Positions 51,177 to 61,362 of a DNA stretch of 64,000 nt are shown here, one piece after another. A program made the position numbers and the translations under genes. A model generated the notes under the pieces. It saw only the letters and a program-made list of their open reading frames with translations. It made no database searches and was not told the origin of the DNA. Within the stretch, counting starts at the first letter, position 1. Each line of letters starts with the position of its first letter. The DNA comes from Methylocella sp. (GTDB lineage: Bacteria > Pseudomonadota > Alphaproteobacteria > Rhizobiales > Beijerinckiaceae): contig JBKQMI010000146.1 of assembly GCA_052146775.1 (NCBI GenBank), positions 1,207-65,206 on the forward strand, written 5' to 3'.

Positions 51177-52333
51177 CAGGCTTCCCTATGGTAGGCGTGC
51201 GGCACGAAAGGCATCGAGGCGATCGTCGCCGGCGCCGCTCTGCCGCGAATGATGAGATTGACCGGTGCGCCGGTCTTCGCGGCGCCGGCCTCGACATAAC
51301 CCATGCCGATCGGGCGACCAAGGCTCGGCGCGAAACCGCCCGAGGTGAGGCGTCCGATGCGGCGACCTTCCGGCGTTTCAATGTCCGATCCTTCGCGCGC
51401 GGGCGCCTTGCCCTCAATGAGGAAGCCGACGCGGCGCCGGGATGGACCGGAAGCGATCGCTTCAGCGATGCGCGCAAAGCCGGGAAAGCCGCCCTGTTCG
51501 CGTCGTCGTTTCGAGATCGACCACAAGAGACCGGCCTCAACCGGATCCGTCGTCGCGTCGATATCATGGCCGCAAAGGCAAAGGCCCGCCTCAAGCCGAA
51601 GCGAATCGCGAGCCCCGAGACCAATCGGAAGCACATCGGGATCGGCCAAGAGGCTCTTCGCGAAATCCGTCGCCCCGGCGGTCGGAATTGAAATCTCGAA
51701 GCCGTCTTCGCCGGTGTAGCCGGAGCGCGATATTTTGAGGGCTAGGCCTTTGTCGTCGAAGTCTCGCGCGGACATGAAAGCCATATCCGATACGCCCGCG
51801 ACGCGCCGCGCGAGAATCGCCGCCGCCTTTGGACCCTGCAAGGCGAGCATGGCCCTGTCGTCCAGAATGGTCAGTTCGCAATTCGGAACGGCGCCGGCGA
51901 TTTGAGCGAAATCCGCGGCTTTGGCGGCGGCGTTGACGACAAGGAAGAAGCGCTGACGCCCGTTCTCGTCGTCGAGGCGCGTGACCATCAAATCGTCGAG
52001 GATATGACCGTTTTCATCGAGCAATTGCGTATAGCGCATTTGGCCCGGACGCAGCGTTTCGATGTCGCCCGGCGTCAGGCTCTCCAGCCCGCACGCGGCC
52101 TTCTCGCCCTCAAGAATGGCCTGCCCCATATGCGAGACATCGAATAGGCCTGCGCAGGCTCTGGTATGAAGATGCTCCTTGATGATGCCGGCGGGATAGT
52201 GCACAGGCATTGCATAGCCGGCGAATGGCGCGAAACGCGCGCCGAGTGCGACATGCAGATCGTGCAGAGGCGTTTGGGCGAGGCGAGGCGCCAAGACGCC
52301 TGGATAAGCCAAGACGGTTGGATGATCAGACAT
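51176..52333 (-). CDS. gcvT: Aminomethyltransferase (T protein)
   Basis: FAGYAMPV.Y, FDVSHMG, SRSGYTGEDGFEI, GLGARDSLRLEAG; start reset to MSDHPT. Confidence 0.96.
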   Translation of the reverse strand: MSDHPTVLAYPGVLAPRLAQTPLHDLHVALGARFAPFAGYAMPVHYPAGIIKEHLHTRACAGLFDVSHMGQAILEGEKAACGLESLTPGDIETLRPGQMRYTQLLDENGHILDDLMVTRLDDENGRQRFFLVVNAAAKAADFAQIAGAVPNCELTILDDRAMLALQGPKAAAILARRVAGVSDMAFMSARDFDDKGLALKISRSGYTGEDGFEISIPTAGATDFAKSLLADPDVLPIGLGARDSLRLEAGLCLCGHDIDATTDPVEAGLLWSISKRRREQGGFPGFARIAEAIASGPSRRRVGFLIEGKAPAREGSDIETPEGRRIGRLTSGGFAPSLGRPIGMGYVEAGAAKTGAPVNLIIRGRAAPATIASMPFVPHAYHREA

Positions 52334-52389
52334 CGGGACCCTCAGTCGGATGAGCGCAAAGACGCCGCTCTTACCAAGCGCAACGCCTT

Positions 52390-52615
52390 GCCCCCTCTGT
52401 CCTGTGACCTGAGAGTTTTCTCCCGCTCGGCCCACGGCGTATCGGCCGCGAGCGAGAACGGGACTACCTCCGTCGGTGGATTTCCCGCAAAAGGCGAGAA
52501 ATCGCTTTCCAGAGCGTCATCTTCCAGCGGTCCGTGGGCCTGAGCGTTTCCGGGGCGGTTTCGCCTTCGGCGCCGAATCGAACAATCATTCGAATCGGAC
52601 TCTTCCGCTGGAAGG
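52390..52615 (-). ncRNA. Tandem glycine riboswitch
   Basis: Aptamer I GGAAGAG...CGCCGAAGG...AAACGCTCAGG...GGAC; aptamer II CTCTGGAAAG...CACCGACGGAG...AACTCTCAGG...GGACAGAGG; directly upstream of gcvT. Confidence 0.92.
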
Positions 52616-52630
52616 TTATCTGACAGTTCA

Positions 52631-52659
52631 AGTATTGGGGCGCCGTCGGGCAATGTCAA
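52631..52659 (-). promoter_or_regulatory. Sigma-70-type promoter of the gcv leader
   Basis: TTGACA-17nt-AATACT just before riboswitch aptamer I. Confidence 0.65.
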
Positions 52660-52783
52660 TGCCGCCACACAATACAGCATCTCTCAAGGGGCGAATTCGC
52701 GAGAGAGAGTCGCGATGCCAAGAGCCACGCCTTAGGTGAGAATTCCAGTCTCAACTCGTCTGCGAGACGCCGCCCCGGTCATT

Positions 52784-54019
52784 TCAACGCGCCTTTTTCC
52801 TCCATGCGGTCGCGATTGCGTGCGCCAAGGACGGGAGGGAGGGCGCCGTTGCGGCGTTGGCGCCGAACAGAGCGGCGTCGACGGAAGCAAGGCCGCTTTC
52901 GACCCCGCTCTCGACGGAAACCCGGCGCCAACGGTCGCGATCGACGCGTGACAAGTCCGCGACCGCGCGCCTGAATGCCCGCGCATCGTTGCGACGCGCC
53001 GCGCTTCTCAATTGCCGGATCGCTTTCGGCGTCGGCTCGATGAAGCCTCGCCAGCCGACGCGGCGGGGTTTTGACGAGGCGATCAGATAGGCGAGGGCTA
53101 GGGTCCAGGCGAAACTCGCCGCGCCCGCGGCAAGCGGCCGCGCCGACAGCAAGCCCGGCGTTTTCGTCAATGGCTGGCGCGCCTTGCGCGCGGCCTGGAG
53201 GAAAGAGACTTCGCGTTCGGGCGCCGCGGCGTCGCGCATCTTTCGCGCGGCGACATCGAACCACGCAATATGGATGGCGGGAACGCTCGCCGGCGTGGCC
53301 GACACTGGACGCACGCTCCACTGGTACACGGCGCGCGCGATCGGACCTTCGTCGGTGACAATCGTCTGTCGACCGACCGGGCCTTCGAAAACGATAATCC
53401 CCTCCGCCCTTATATCCGGCGGCGGCGGCAGCCGGTCGGCGGTCGCGCCCACGGCTTCGATCGTGACGGTTCGCCGCGCCGTCTCACCGAAAGGGATCTT
53501 GTCCGGCGCCGTCTCCCAATTGTCGGCGATCTTGACGGATTTTGCTGGCAGCCACCGGTCGCCCGCCTTGCCGACGCCCTCATGCGACCGCACCTCGACG
53601 ACGAGGGGACGAGACGAAAAATCCATCTCGCTGCGTTCGTTATTCGCCGTCACGATCGTCGCGCGAAGCACGAAAGGCGGGATCGTCAAGGATCCGGTCT
53701 TGAGCGGCGTGACCATCAGAACGCGCTCGAAGACGGGTGTCGGGAAACCGTCGACTATTTCATTGGTCGACGCATCGATGCCGAATTGCTGCCAGTCGAA
53801 ATTCGTCATCGTCGGCTGAATCAGTTTGTCGAGCATGACATTCGCTCGAATGCTCCAACGCACCCGCAGGAGGATCGGCTCGCCGACATAGGGCGGCTCG
53901 TTCGGCAGCTCCGCTTTCACCTCGACTCGCCCGATTGACGGCGCGACGGCCAGCTCGGCATGCACGCACCGGCAGCCAAGAAAAATGGCGATGACGAGGC
54001 GCAGGAGACGCGCGGTCAT
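52784..54019 (-). CDS. BatD-family protein
   Basis: Signal peptide, PYVGE, P.KTG.LTIP, WLPA..V, WFDV, C-terminal TM; last gene of the MoxR operon. Confidence 0.78.
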   Translation of the reverse strand: MTARLLRLVIAIFLGCRCVHAELAVAPSIGRVEVKAELPNEPPYVGEPILLRVRWSIRANVMLDKLIQPTMTNFDWQQFGIDASTNEIVDGFPTPVFERVLMVTPLKTGSLTIPPFVLRATIVTANNERSEMDFSSRPLVVEVRSHEGVGKAGDRWLPAKSVKIADNWETAPDKIPFGETARRTVTIEAVGATADRLPPPPDIRAEGIIVFEGPVGRQTIVTDEGPIARAVYQWSVRPVSATPASVPAIHIAWFDVAARKMRDAAAPEREVSFLQAARKARQPLTKTPGLLSARPLAAGAASFAWTLALAYLIASSKPRRVGWRGFIEPTPKAIRQLRSAARRNDARAFRRAVADLSRVDRDRWRRVSVESGVESGLASVDAALFGANAATAPSLPSLAHAIATAWRKKAR

Positions 54020-54843
54020 GGATCGTCACTCTCCGCCGATTCGGCGGGGTGTTCCTTTCGACGCGCTTTTTCCGCCAGAATCCGCAATTTAAGGAATCGG
54101 CCCGGATCGTCGGGCAGCGTCGAAAGCCATTCGACAGTCGGCAGAACGGAAGCCGCGTCCATTCTGCGCGCGGCGCGCCGATCGCGATCACGGATCATCC
54201 TGGCGACATCCACCAGCTCGCCGCCGGCGCTGCCAGCCCCTCCGGCGTCGCCCGCCGATCCCTTGCCCTGCCCCTGCCCCGCATCCGAGGATTTCACGTC
54301 GCCCTTGTCGAATTTTCCGGCCTTGCTGCCGCCTTGCGCGCCCGGCGCCGAGGCGCCTTGCTGGCTCCCCGCAAAGCCATCCCCCGACCCGCCGGTCTTG
54401 CCATCGGCGTGAGGCTCATCGTGCGTATTCCGCGCCCGGGTCGCGGCCGAATTCGCCGCGATCGCGTCGGCGCCGGCCGCAGCCTCCTTTTCATCGACCA
54501 AAGCCGTCAGAAGGGCCTTGTTGAAAGCTGCGTCTTCATCGTCGGGGTTCGCCGCGAGCGCCTGTTCATAGGCGGCGATCGCTTCAGTGTAGCGTTCGGC
54601 GTGGGCCAGCGCATCGCCGCGGTTGTAAGCATTCGCCGGGTCGCCGCCGAAAGCGTCGGCGGCCTCGCTCCAGCGCTTCGCCGAATAGAGCGCGGCGCCC
54701 TTGCGGGCCGGATCCTCGAAAAAGCGCGCGGCCGCCGCGGGAAAACCGAGCGCCTGCAGAGCGGGTCCAACCGCCGATGCGCCGATCAGCCAGATCGCGA
54801 CGCAAGGCGCAAGCAGGGCGATGGAAGCGGCGAGGCGTCTCAT
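54016..54843 (-). CDS. TPR protein (BatC-like) with G/S-rich linker
   Basis: YNRG.ALA...Y.EAI.AY..AL...P..DA.FN; tail WL..LPDDPG.FLK. Confidence 0.8.
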   Translation of the reverse strand: MRRLAASIALLAPCVAIWLIGASAVGPALQALGFPAAAARFFEDPARKGAALYSAKRWSEAADAFGGDPANAYNRGDALAHAERYTEAIAAYEQALAANPDDEDAAFNKALLTALVDEKEAAAGADAIAANSAATRARNTHDEPHADGKTGGSGDGFAGSQQGASAPGAQGGSKAGKFDKGDVKSSDAGQGQGKGSAGDAGGAGSAGGELVDVARMIRDRDRRAARRMDAASVLPTVEWLSTLPDDPGRFLKLRILAEKARRKEHPAESAESDDP

Positions 54844-55766
54844 CGCGCGGGCCTGCGAAAGCAAAAAAGGAGCGGCGCGGCGGCGGCGAAGAGCAGAAAC
54901 CGGCCAAAGTCCCGCCAGGCGAGAATCTGCAGGGCGCTCCCGGCCATATGCGCGATGGCGCGGCCTGAAATCCTTGCGATGACGCCATCCGGCCGCGCGG
55001 CGTCTCCCGCAATCCCCTGCCCCGCAACCGCGAGCGCCATCATGGCGCCCCAGCGCGCGGCGTCGGACGCGTCGGCTGGGTCCCGCCCAGCGACGAAAAG
55101 TGTGTGCAGCGCGTGGCCATCCCTCGCCAGCCGGGCCGCTTCGCGCGTCGTCGCCGGGCCAAGCCCTTCGCCGGTGGAGATCAGCGCCACGTCGGCGCCG
55201 ACGATCCGCGCGTCACGCAATATGCGCCGGGCCAGAGACAGCGCGCGATCCGGCCGCGCCCCGGCGTCAGGCACCGTGTGATCGTCAACAGCGAACAACA
55301 GCGCGCCCAGCGCGGAAGCGTCATCGGTCAGGGGACTCGCCAGATAGGCGTCGCCCGCGTAGACAATGAGTCCCAGCTGCCGCGCCCCGCTTTGCGCAAG
55401 AATGAATTGCGCCGCCGCGACCGCCTGTTGCAAGCGAGCGGCGCTTGACGCGGCGTTGGACGCGTCGAGGACAATCAAAGTCGCATCCAGATTGCGGAAC
55501 TGGTTGGCGTCGCCGCGCTTGATGGCGGGCCCGCTCAGCGCCAGCGCCGTCAGCGCAATCGCCCAGAGAATAGCGTGATCCTTTGGCGCCCTGGCGACGG
55601 CTCCGCGCCGTTGCAGCATCGCGGCAAGCAAAGGCGCGTCGACCGCGCGCGTCCAGTCACCAAGGCCGGCGTGGCTTTGCCGCGTCATGAGCAATGCCGC
55701 CGCCATAAGCGGAAACGCCGTCAGCCACCAGGGCCGCAAAAGAGCGAAGGAGCCGAGCGCGATCAT
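54840..55766 (-). CDS. vWA domain protein (BatB-like)
   Basis: LRPWWL, ALSGP, LDASN (degenerate MIDAS), GLIVYAG.A....PLT.D. Confidence 0.8.
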   Translation of the reverse strand: MIALGSFALLRPWWLTAFPLMAAALLMTRQSHAGLGDWTRAVDAPLLAAMLQRRGAVARAPKDHAILWAIALTALALSGPAIKRGDANQFRNLDATLIVLDASNAASSAARLQQAVAAAQFILAQSGARQLGLIVYAGDAYLASPLTDDASALGALLFAVDDHTVPDAGARPDRALSLARRILRDARIVGADVALISTGEGLGPATTREAARLARDGHALHTLFVAGRDPADASDAARWGAMMALAVAGQGIAGDAARPDGVIARISGRAIAHMAGSALQILAWRDFGRFLLFAAAAPLLFCFRRPAR

Positions 55767-56725
55767 CGCGGCGCCCTTTGCGAGAGGGCGATAGCGAAAC
55801 ACGCAGCAAACGCCAGCGCCGCCGGATAGGACCACAGATCGCGGTATATGACGGTCGGCGGCGCGAGCGCCGGACCCGCCGCGAGGGCTTCTATCGCATG
55901 AGCCGCTACCGCCAGCTCATCGGTGGTGTGCGCCCGGAACGCGGCGGCGCCGGTAATTTCGGCCAGCTTCTGGAGGGCGACAAAATCGACGGCGTCGGGA
56001 TCGTCTGGAGCGCTCAAACTGTCATTGGCGCCGAGACCGATAGTGAAGATTTTTACGCCGAGCGACTTCGCCAATGCGGCGACGGCGCCCGGATCGCTGG
56101 AGCCTGCGTCGTTGGCGCCGTCCGACAGCAGGATGATGATGCGCGTCGGCGCCTTGGATTCCGCGAGACGTTTCAGCGCCAGCCCAAGACCTTCGCCGAT
56201 CGCCGTCGAACGGCCGACGAGCCCGATCTCCATCTCGTTCAACGTCTGGCCGACGGCGGAAACGTCGAAGCTGAGAGGCGCGGCGGCGAAGGCGGTATCC
56301 GCAAAGATGACGACGCCAATGCGGTCGCCCTCGCGCCGCCGAATCAATTCCGAACCGGCGCGCTTCAACGCGTCGAGACGGCTGGCCGCGACGCCGTCAA
56401 GCGTGAAATCGGGTATCGTCATGCTGCCGGAGAGGTCGAGCGCAAACATGATGTCGCGCCCCGATGCGGGAAGCGCGGGGTTCGCGGCGACGACGCGCGG
56501 CCCGGCGAGCGCGACGACGAGGCAGATCCAGGCGAACCACGCGAGCGTCGGCGCTCCGGTGCGCCGGATGCCTGAATTCCCGCGCGCCAAAAATCTGTCG
56601 CGAATCGAGGCGGGGATGCGCAGGCCGCTTGGCGACGTCTGCCGGGCGGGACGAGCCAGCGCGGCCAGGATTGGCGCCGGCAGCAACGTCAGCGCCGCCG
56701 GCAATGCGAAGCTCCAGCCGTTCAT
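55763..56725 (-). CDS. vWA domain protein (BatA-like)
   Basis: ALA.P, DLSGSM MIDAS, DRIG.VIF, TAIGEGL, LSDG. Confidence 0.88.
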   Translation of the reverse strand: MNGWSFALPAALTLLPAPILAALARPARQTSPSGLRIPASIRDRFLARGNSGIRRTGAPTLAWFAWICLVVALAGPRVVAANPALPASGRDIMFALDLSGSMTIPDFTLDGVAASRLDALKRAGSELIRRREGDRIGVVIFADTAFAAAPLSFDVSAVGQTLNEMEIGLVGRSTAIGEGLGLALKRLAESKAPTRIIILLSDGANDAGSSDPGAVAALAKSLGVKIFTIGLGANDSLSAPDDPDAVDFVALQKLAEITGAAAFRAHTTDELAVAAHAIEALAAGPALAPPTVIYRDLWSYPAALAFAACFAIALSQRAPR

Positions 56726-57177
56726 CGCTCGATCCTCGCGAACAGCCGTTCGAGCGCTGCGTCCAATGCGGCGACGTCGAGATCCGCGACCGGCCGGTAG
56801 AGCGCGTCGCCGAAGGCTTCCCCCTGCTCCTTGCTGAAGAAGCGCGTCGAGAAAGTCAGATCGAGGGAGTCGAGCCACGCGTCGCCTCGCTCCCGCGCGG
56901 CGGCGCCGTTCACCGACCTGACCAGGCGCCGCAAAATCGCCGCTTGCGCGGCGAGCCTGTCCGGCGCGGGAAGGGCGCGGGTCGCGGCGAGATTCTCCAG
57001 CGCCTCGCGGCGCAGCGCACGCCGTCGGGCGAGCCAAGGACCAAGCGTGAAAGTCAGAATGAGCGCCGCCGCGCATCCAAGCAGAGTCATCGCGACGATC
57101 GGCGCCGCCCCGTCAACCCCGCTCGCGACATTGTGGAGTGGGCGAAGCTCGTCGAGGAGAGCCACGGGATCAGCCAT
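56722..57177 (-). CDS. DUF4381-like small membrane protein
   Basis: L..LR.LH, single TM, RR.AL..L, G.AWL..LD; typical slot between DUF58 and BatA. Confidence 0.7.
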   Translation of the reverse strand: MADPVALLDELRPLHNVASGVDGAAPIVAMTLLGCAAALILTFTLGPWLARRRALRREALENLAATRALPAPDRLAAQAAILRRLVRSVNGAAARERGDAWLDSLDLTFSTRFFSKEQGEAFGDALYRPVADLDVAALDAALERLFARIER

Positions 57178-58054
57178 GGAGCTGCTCCAGCGCGCTCGCC
57201 ATCGCTTCCGCGCCAAGGCCAGCATCGAGTTGCAGGAAGTTGACGCCAAGCCGCCGCAACCGCGCAAGCCTGCCGTCGGGCTTCGCGTCCTGTCCGACGC
57301 GCAGCCACCCCGCATCGCCGTCGAGCGTCGTAAAGGGATAGACGCCGCGCACGGGTTCAATTTCGAAACGATCGGCGACGAGCACAACGGAGAGATCGCG
57401 TTTGCGGACGAGGCGCTCCGCGACGCCATCGAAACCATCGCCTGGCGCATCGAGCGCCGTCGCGACGATGATTGCGCCGTCACGCGCTAACCCTTCGGCT
57501 TCTTCGAGAATGCCGGCGAGTGGCGGCTCCGACAAGCCGGGATGATCTTTGGCGGCGCGATGGGCCGCCGCAAGTTCGCCGACCAAGGAGATCATCGCGC
57601 GGACGCCCCGAGCCCGGCCAAGAAAATGCGGGCCTCGCGCAGTCGCCGCGAGAAGCCCGACGCTTCCTCCTTCGTCGATCGTGCGCCAGGCCAGCGACGC
57701 GACCGCTTCCGCGGCGGCGACCGACCGAATGGCGCGCCGCGTTCCAAACATCATTGATTCCCGGAAATCGACGACGAGCATGACCGCCCGCTCGCGTTCG
57801 TCGCGAAACGTCCGCACATGCAGCGCGCCCGTGCGCGCGGTGACGTTGCGGTCGAGGTGGCGAATGTCGTCGCCGTCCGACCAGGCCCTGATGTCGTAAA
57901 CTTCGAGGCCGCGTCCGCGCCGCCGATGCATGACGGCGCCCGGCAATGCGGACCGCGGCGGCTTTCTCACGCGCCGCATCGAGGACGCAAGAAGCCGCAG
58001 CCGCAGCAGCGCCTCGACATCGAGATCAACGCCCACTGTCGCCATCGCGATCAC
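57170..58054 (-). CDS. DUF58 family protein
   Basis: RGRGLE...R.W..GDDIRHLD.NVTAR, F..ERER, D...SM.FG. Confidence 0.88.
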   Translation of the reverse strand: MIAMATVGVDLDVEALLRLRLLASSMRRVRKPPRSALPGAVMHRRRGRGLEVYDIRAWSDGDDIRHLDRNVTARTGALHVRTFRDERERAVMLVVDFRESMMFGTRRAIRSVAAAEAVASLAWRTIDEGGSVGLLAATARGPHFLGRARGVRAMISLVGELAAAHRAAKDHPGLSEPPLAGILEEAEGLARDGAIIVATALDAPGDGFDGVAERLVRKRDLSVVLVADRFEIEPVRGVYPFTTLDGDAGWLRVGQDAKPDGRLARLRRLGVNFLQLDAGLGAEAMASALEQLHG

Positions 58055-59052
58055 ACATGCTCGATCAAATCGAGATATTCGCCGATCACGCTGCGCGCGG
58101 AGGCGCCGTCGGCGAGCGCGCGCCAGGTGAGGATGGTCCGATGCGACAGTGCGTCGACGGCAAGGTTCGCGACATCGTCCGGCAGGACATGATCGCGCCC
58201 GGCGAGCCAGGCGCGCGCCTTGGCGGCCATGGCGAGCGCGAGCGTGCCGCGCGGCGAGGCGGGATGTTCGATTTTTGCGCTCGTCTCCGGCGCAATGTCC
58301 CTGCGGCGCGGCGCCGTGACGAGACGAACGATATAATCCTTCACCGCCGGCGAAAGAAAAACGCGCAACGCGGCGGCGCGCGCCTCGGCGATTTCGGCGG
58401 CGCTCAGCGGCGCGGCGAGGCCGGGAGCTTCATGCGAGGCCTCGCGTTCGACAAGATCGAGAATTTTCCGTTCGGTCGCGGCGTCCGGCAGATCGAGTTC
58501 GACATGCAGCATAAAGCGATCGAGCTGCGCCTCGGGGAGCCGGAACGTGCCCTCATGTTCGATCGGGTTCTGCGTCGCAACAACCATGAACGGATCGGGC
58601 AGCTTATGCGTCACGCCGGCGACGGTCACCTGACGCTCGGCCATCGCCTCCAGCAGAGCCGACTGCACTTTGGGCGGCGCGCGATTGACTTCATCGACCA
58701 GCACGAGGGAATGAAACACCGGCCCGGCGGAAAATTCGAAGACGCCTCGATCCTGCCGCCATATCGACGTTCCGGTTACATCCGCCGGCATGAGATCGGG
58801 CGTGCACTGGACCCGCGCGAAGGCGACGTTCAAGCCGCGCGCGAGCAGCTTCACCGCGCGTGTCTTCGCGAGGCCCGGCGCGCCTTCGACGAGCAAATGT
58901 CCGTCCGCGAGGAGACCGATCAGCAACCGCTCAACGAGCGCGCCGCCGTCAACGAGACTGGCTTCGAGGAAGGCTCTGACATCATCGAGGCGCGCGCGGG
59001 CGCGTTCCTCCCGGCTCTGATTGTCGGAACGGACTGGCTCGACCGATCTCAT
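58051..59052 (-). CDS. MoxR-family AAA+ ATPase
   Basis: EGAPGLAKT, RVQCTPDLMP.D, DEVNRAPPKVQSALLEAM.E, ATQNPIE.EGT..LPEAQLDRF, SPRG. Confidence 0.93.
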   Translation of the reverse strand: MRSVEPVRSDNQSREERARARLDDVRAFLEASLVDGGALVERLLIGLLADGHLLVEGAPGLAKTRAVKLLARGLNVAFARVQCTPDLMPADVTGTSIWRQDRGVFEFSAGPVFHSLVLVDEVNRAPPKVQSALLEAMAERQVTVAGVTHKLPDPFMVVATQNPIEHEGTFRLPEAQLDRFMLHVELDLPDAATERKILDLVEREASHEAPGLAAPLSAAEIAEARAAALRVFLSPAVKDYIVRLVTAPRRRDIAPETSAKIEHPASPRGTLALAMAAKARAWLAGRDHVLPDDVANLAVDALSHRTILTWRALADGASARSVIGEYLDLIEHV

Positions 59053-59149
59053 AAGCGCGCTTTCCGAGACTGTGTTGATGGGGCGTCTTCGACCGCTTCA
59101 ACCTACAGGGGATCGCGCAGCCTATTCAGAGGGTCCTTGCCCGGATTTT

Positions 59150-59198
59150 ATTGGGCAATTTGCCCAATCTTCGCGGCGGCGGGCGGATTTTGCCCAAT
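59150..59198. promoter_or_regulatory. Candidate response-regulator operator
   Basis: Palindrome ATTGGGCAA-T-TTGCCCAAT (59150-59168) plus a third TTGCCCAAT at 59190-59198 between divergent operons. Confidence 0.6.
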
Positions 59199-59272
59199 TC
59201 CGCGGCGACCACGTTGGCGAGGCGGGTAAAACCGCCTAGATTGCCTTCTTCGCCAAGGGTCGGGAGCGCCAA

Positions 59273-60667
59273 ATGCAGCTCATTTTGCATCTCGTGTTGC
59301 GTCTTGTAAGCGTGACGCTCTTATGCCTCGCCGCCACGGTCGGTTGGGTCATGGTGGATGCGCATCGCGCGATCGAAGCCGAAACGACCGCCTCGGCCGA
59401 CCGGGTCACGCGCGATTTGGCGAACCTTTACTGGCGCGAAATTCTGTGGCGCGGGGGTATGCGCAAGGACAGTCTCCTTCCAAGGCCCAATTGGGAGTCG
59501 CTCAATACGTTGCGGGTCATTTCGCCGGGCCTCTGCATTATGGTCGCCCCGGGAGGCGAGGAGCCGCGAAGCCTGTGCAGCCAAGTGGAGGGCGTCGGCA
59601 CGCCGGCGCCGGAATGGTTTGCGGCAGTCTATAATGGATTCTTCGGGCGCCCCGATTCGATCACGCGTCCCATGACGGTCAGGCAACCCGATGCGGGCGT
59701 CATCACGATCGGCGCCGAGCCAGACGCCGCCGTGCGGCAGGCGTGGCGAGAGGTTACGATCGTCCTCGGCGTCGCCGCCTCGATGGCGATCGGCATCTGC
59801 CTTCTCGCCGCCATCGCCATCGTGCATGCGCTGGCGCCGACGCGAATGATCGTCGCCGGGCTCCGGCGGCTCGAAAAAGGCGATTACGGCTACCGCCTCC
59901 CCGCCTATGGCGCTGCTGAATTCGGTCATATCGCGCGCGCTGTGAACGACCTCACGGATCGTCTCGCGCGAACCACCGCCGAACGCGTCGCACTGACGAA
60001 AAAGCTGTTTGAGGTGCAGGAGGAAGAGCGTCGCGCGCTGGCGCGCGATCTCCACGACGAATTCGGCCAATGCCTCACCGCGACCCTTGCGTTCGCCGCC
60101 TCGATCGAGGCCGGCGCCGCGACGGATCGCCCTGACCTCGCCGACGAGGCCCGCTCGATCACCCGCATCGCCAGGCGGATGATGTCGACCCTGCGAGAGG
60201 CGCTCGCGCGGCTGCGCTCGCAGGATCTCGACGAACTCGGGCTGGAGGCGAGCCTCGCGCAACTCGTCGCCGGCTGGAACGCGCAAACCGCGCCAAAGGC
60301 GGTGTTTCATCTCGATCTCGCGGGAGACCTCGCAGGCGTGCCGCGGGCGATCGCGATGAGCGTCTATCGCATCGCTCAGGAGTGTCTGACCAATGCGGTG
60401 CGTCACGGCAGGCCGAGCGACGTCTATCTGCGCGTCGAGCGAACGGCGTCGGATGGCGGCGCCGTCGCGCTGACCGTGGAGGACAATGGCGGCGGCGACC
60501 CCTCGCGCATCAAAGTGGCGACGGGTCACGGCATCCTCGGCATTCGCGAGCGGATCGCAGCCTCGGGCGGCAGCCTCGCGATAGGGCAGGCCGCGCAGGG
60601 CGTCCGCATTTGCGCAAGCATCCCCCTTATGGCGCCGGGGCCAGCGTTGGCGATGGGACTGTCATGA
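59273..60667 (+). CDS. HAMP/HisKA_3 sensor histidine kinase (MxcQ/MxbD/MoxY-like architecture)
   Basis: Two TM, HAMP, QEEERR.LARDLHDEFGQ, QE.LTNA.RH, DNG.G, G.G..GIRER. Confidence 0.88.
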   Translation: MQLILHLVLRLVSVTLLCLAATVGWVMVDAHRAIEAETTASADRVTRDLANLYWREILWRGGMRKDSLLPRPNWESLNTLRVISPGLCIMVAPGGEEPRSLCSQVEGVGTPAPEWFAAVYNGFFGRPDSITRPMTVRQPDAGVITIGAEPDAAVRQAWREVTIVLGVAASMAIGICLLAAIAIVHALAPTRMIVAGLRRLEKGDYGYRLPAYGAAEFGHIARAVNDLTDRLARTTAERVALTKKLFEVQEEERRALARDLHDEFGQCLTATLAFAASIEAGAATDRPDLADEARSITRIARRMMSTLREALARLRSQDLDELGLEASLAQLVAGWNAQTAPKAVFHLDLAGDLAGVPRAIAMSVYRIAQECLTNAVRHGRPSDVYLRVERTASDGGAVALTVEDNGGGDPSRIKVATGHGILGIRERIAASGGSLAIGQAAQGVRICASIPLMAPGPALAMGLS

Positions 60668-61326
60668 CGCAGACGACGATCCTCCTCGTCGACGACCATC
60701 CCGTCGTCCGCGAGGGGTATCGTCGGCTGCTCGAGCGGCAGGAGGGGTTCAAGGTCGTCGCGGAAGCGGATAACGCCGCCTCCGCCTACCAGCTTTATCG
60801 GCAGGCGGCGCCCGATGTCGTCATTATGGATCTCTCCCTTCCCGGCGCCGGCGGGCTCGAGGCCATGCGGCGCATCCGGCAGTGGGATCGGCGGGCGCGC
60901 GTCCTCGTCTTCACGATGCACAGCGGCGCCGCCTTCGCGCTGAAGGCTTTCGAAGCGGGCGCCGCCGGTTACGTCACGAAAAGCAGCGACGCCGCCGAAC
61001 TCGTCCGCGCCGTGACGATCGTTGCGCATGGCGGCCGGGCGCTCAGCAGCGACATCGCGCGCGAGATCGCCGTCGAGCGGCTTGCGAGCGAACGCTCGCT
61101 CGTCGATGAACTCGGTCCGCGCGAAACCGAAATTCTCCGATTGGTTGCGTCGGGACAAACGACCGAGGAGATCGCCAATTCGCTGAACCTCAGCTCAAAG
61201 ACGGTTCAGAACTATCATTATCAGATCAAGTCCAAAACGGGAGCCAAGACCGACGCGCATCTCGTGTGGCTCGCGATCGGCGCGGGCCTCGTCGCCGCCG
61301 ATCGGATCGTTCGGGATGATGAGTGA
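60664..61326 (+). CDS. NarL/FixJ-family response regulator
   Basis: LVDDHPVVREG, MDLSLP, GY.TK, LuxR-type HTH; ATGA overlap with the kinase stop. Confidence 0.92.
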   Translation: MTQTTILLVDDHPVVREGYRRLLERQEGFKVVAEADNAASAYQLYRQAAPDVVIMDLSLPGAGGLEAMRRIRQWDRRARVLVFTMHSGAAFALKAFEAGAAGYVTKSSDAAELVRAVTIVAHGGRALSSDIAREIAVERLASERSLVDELGPRETEILRLVASGQTTEEIANSLNLSSKTVQNYHYQIKSKTGAKTDAHLVWLAIGAGLVAADRIVRDDE

Positions 61327-61362
61327 TTTCATTTCGTGCGTGTCTCCTGAATGGAGCCAAGG

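Noticed and set aside
52784-59052. mxaRSACKL methanol dehydrogenase accessory cluster
   Set aside because: Layout with DUF4381 and BatD fits the generic Bat operon; no mxaF/xoxF/mxaJ/mxaG in the window
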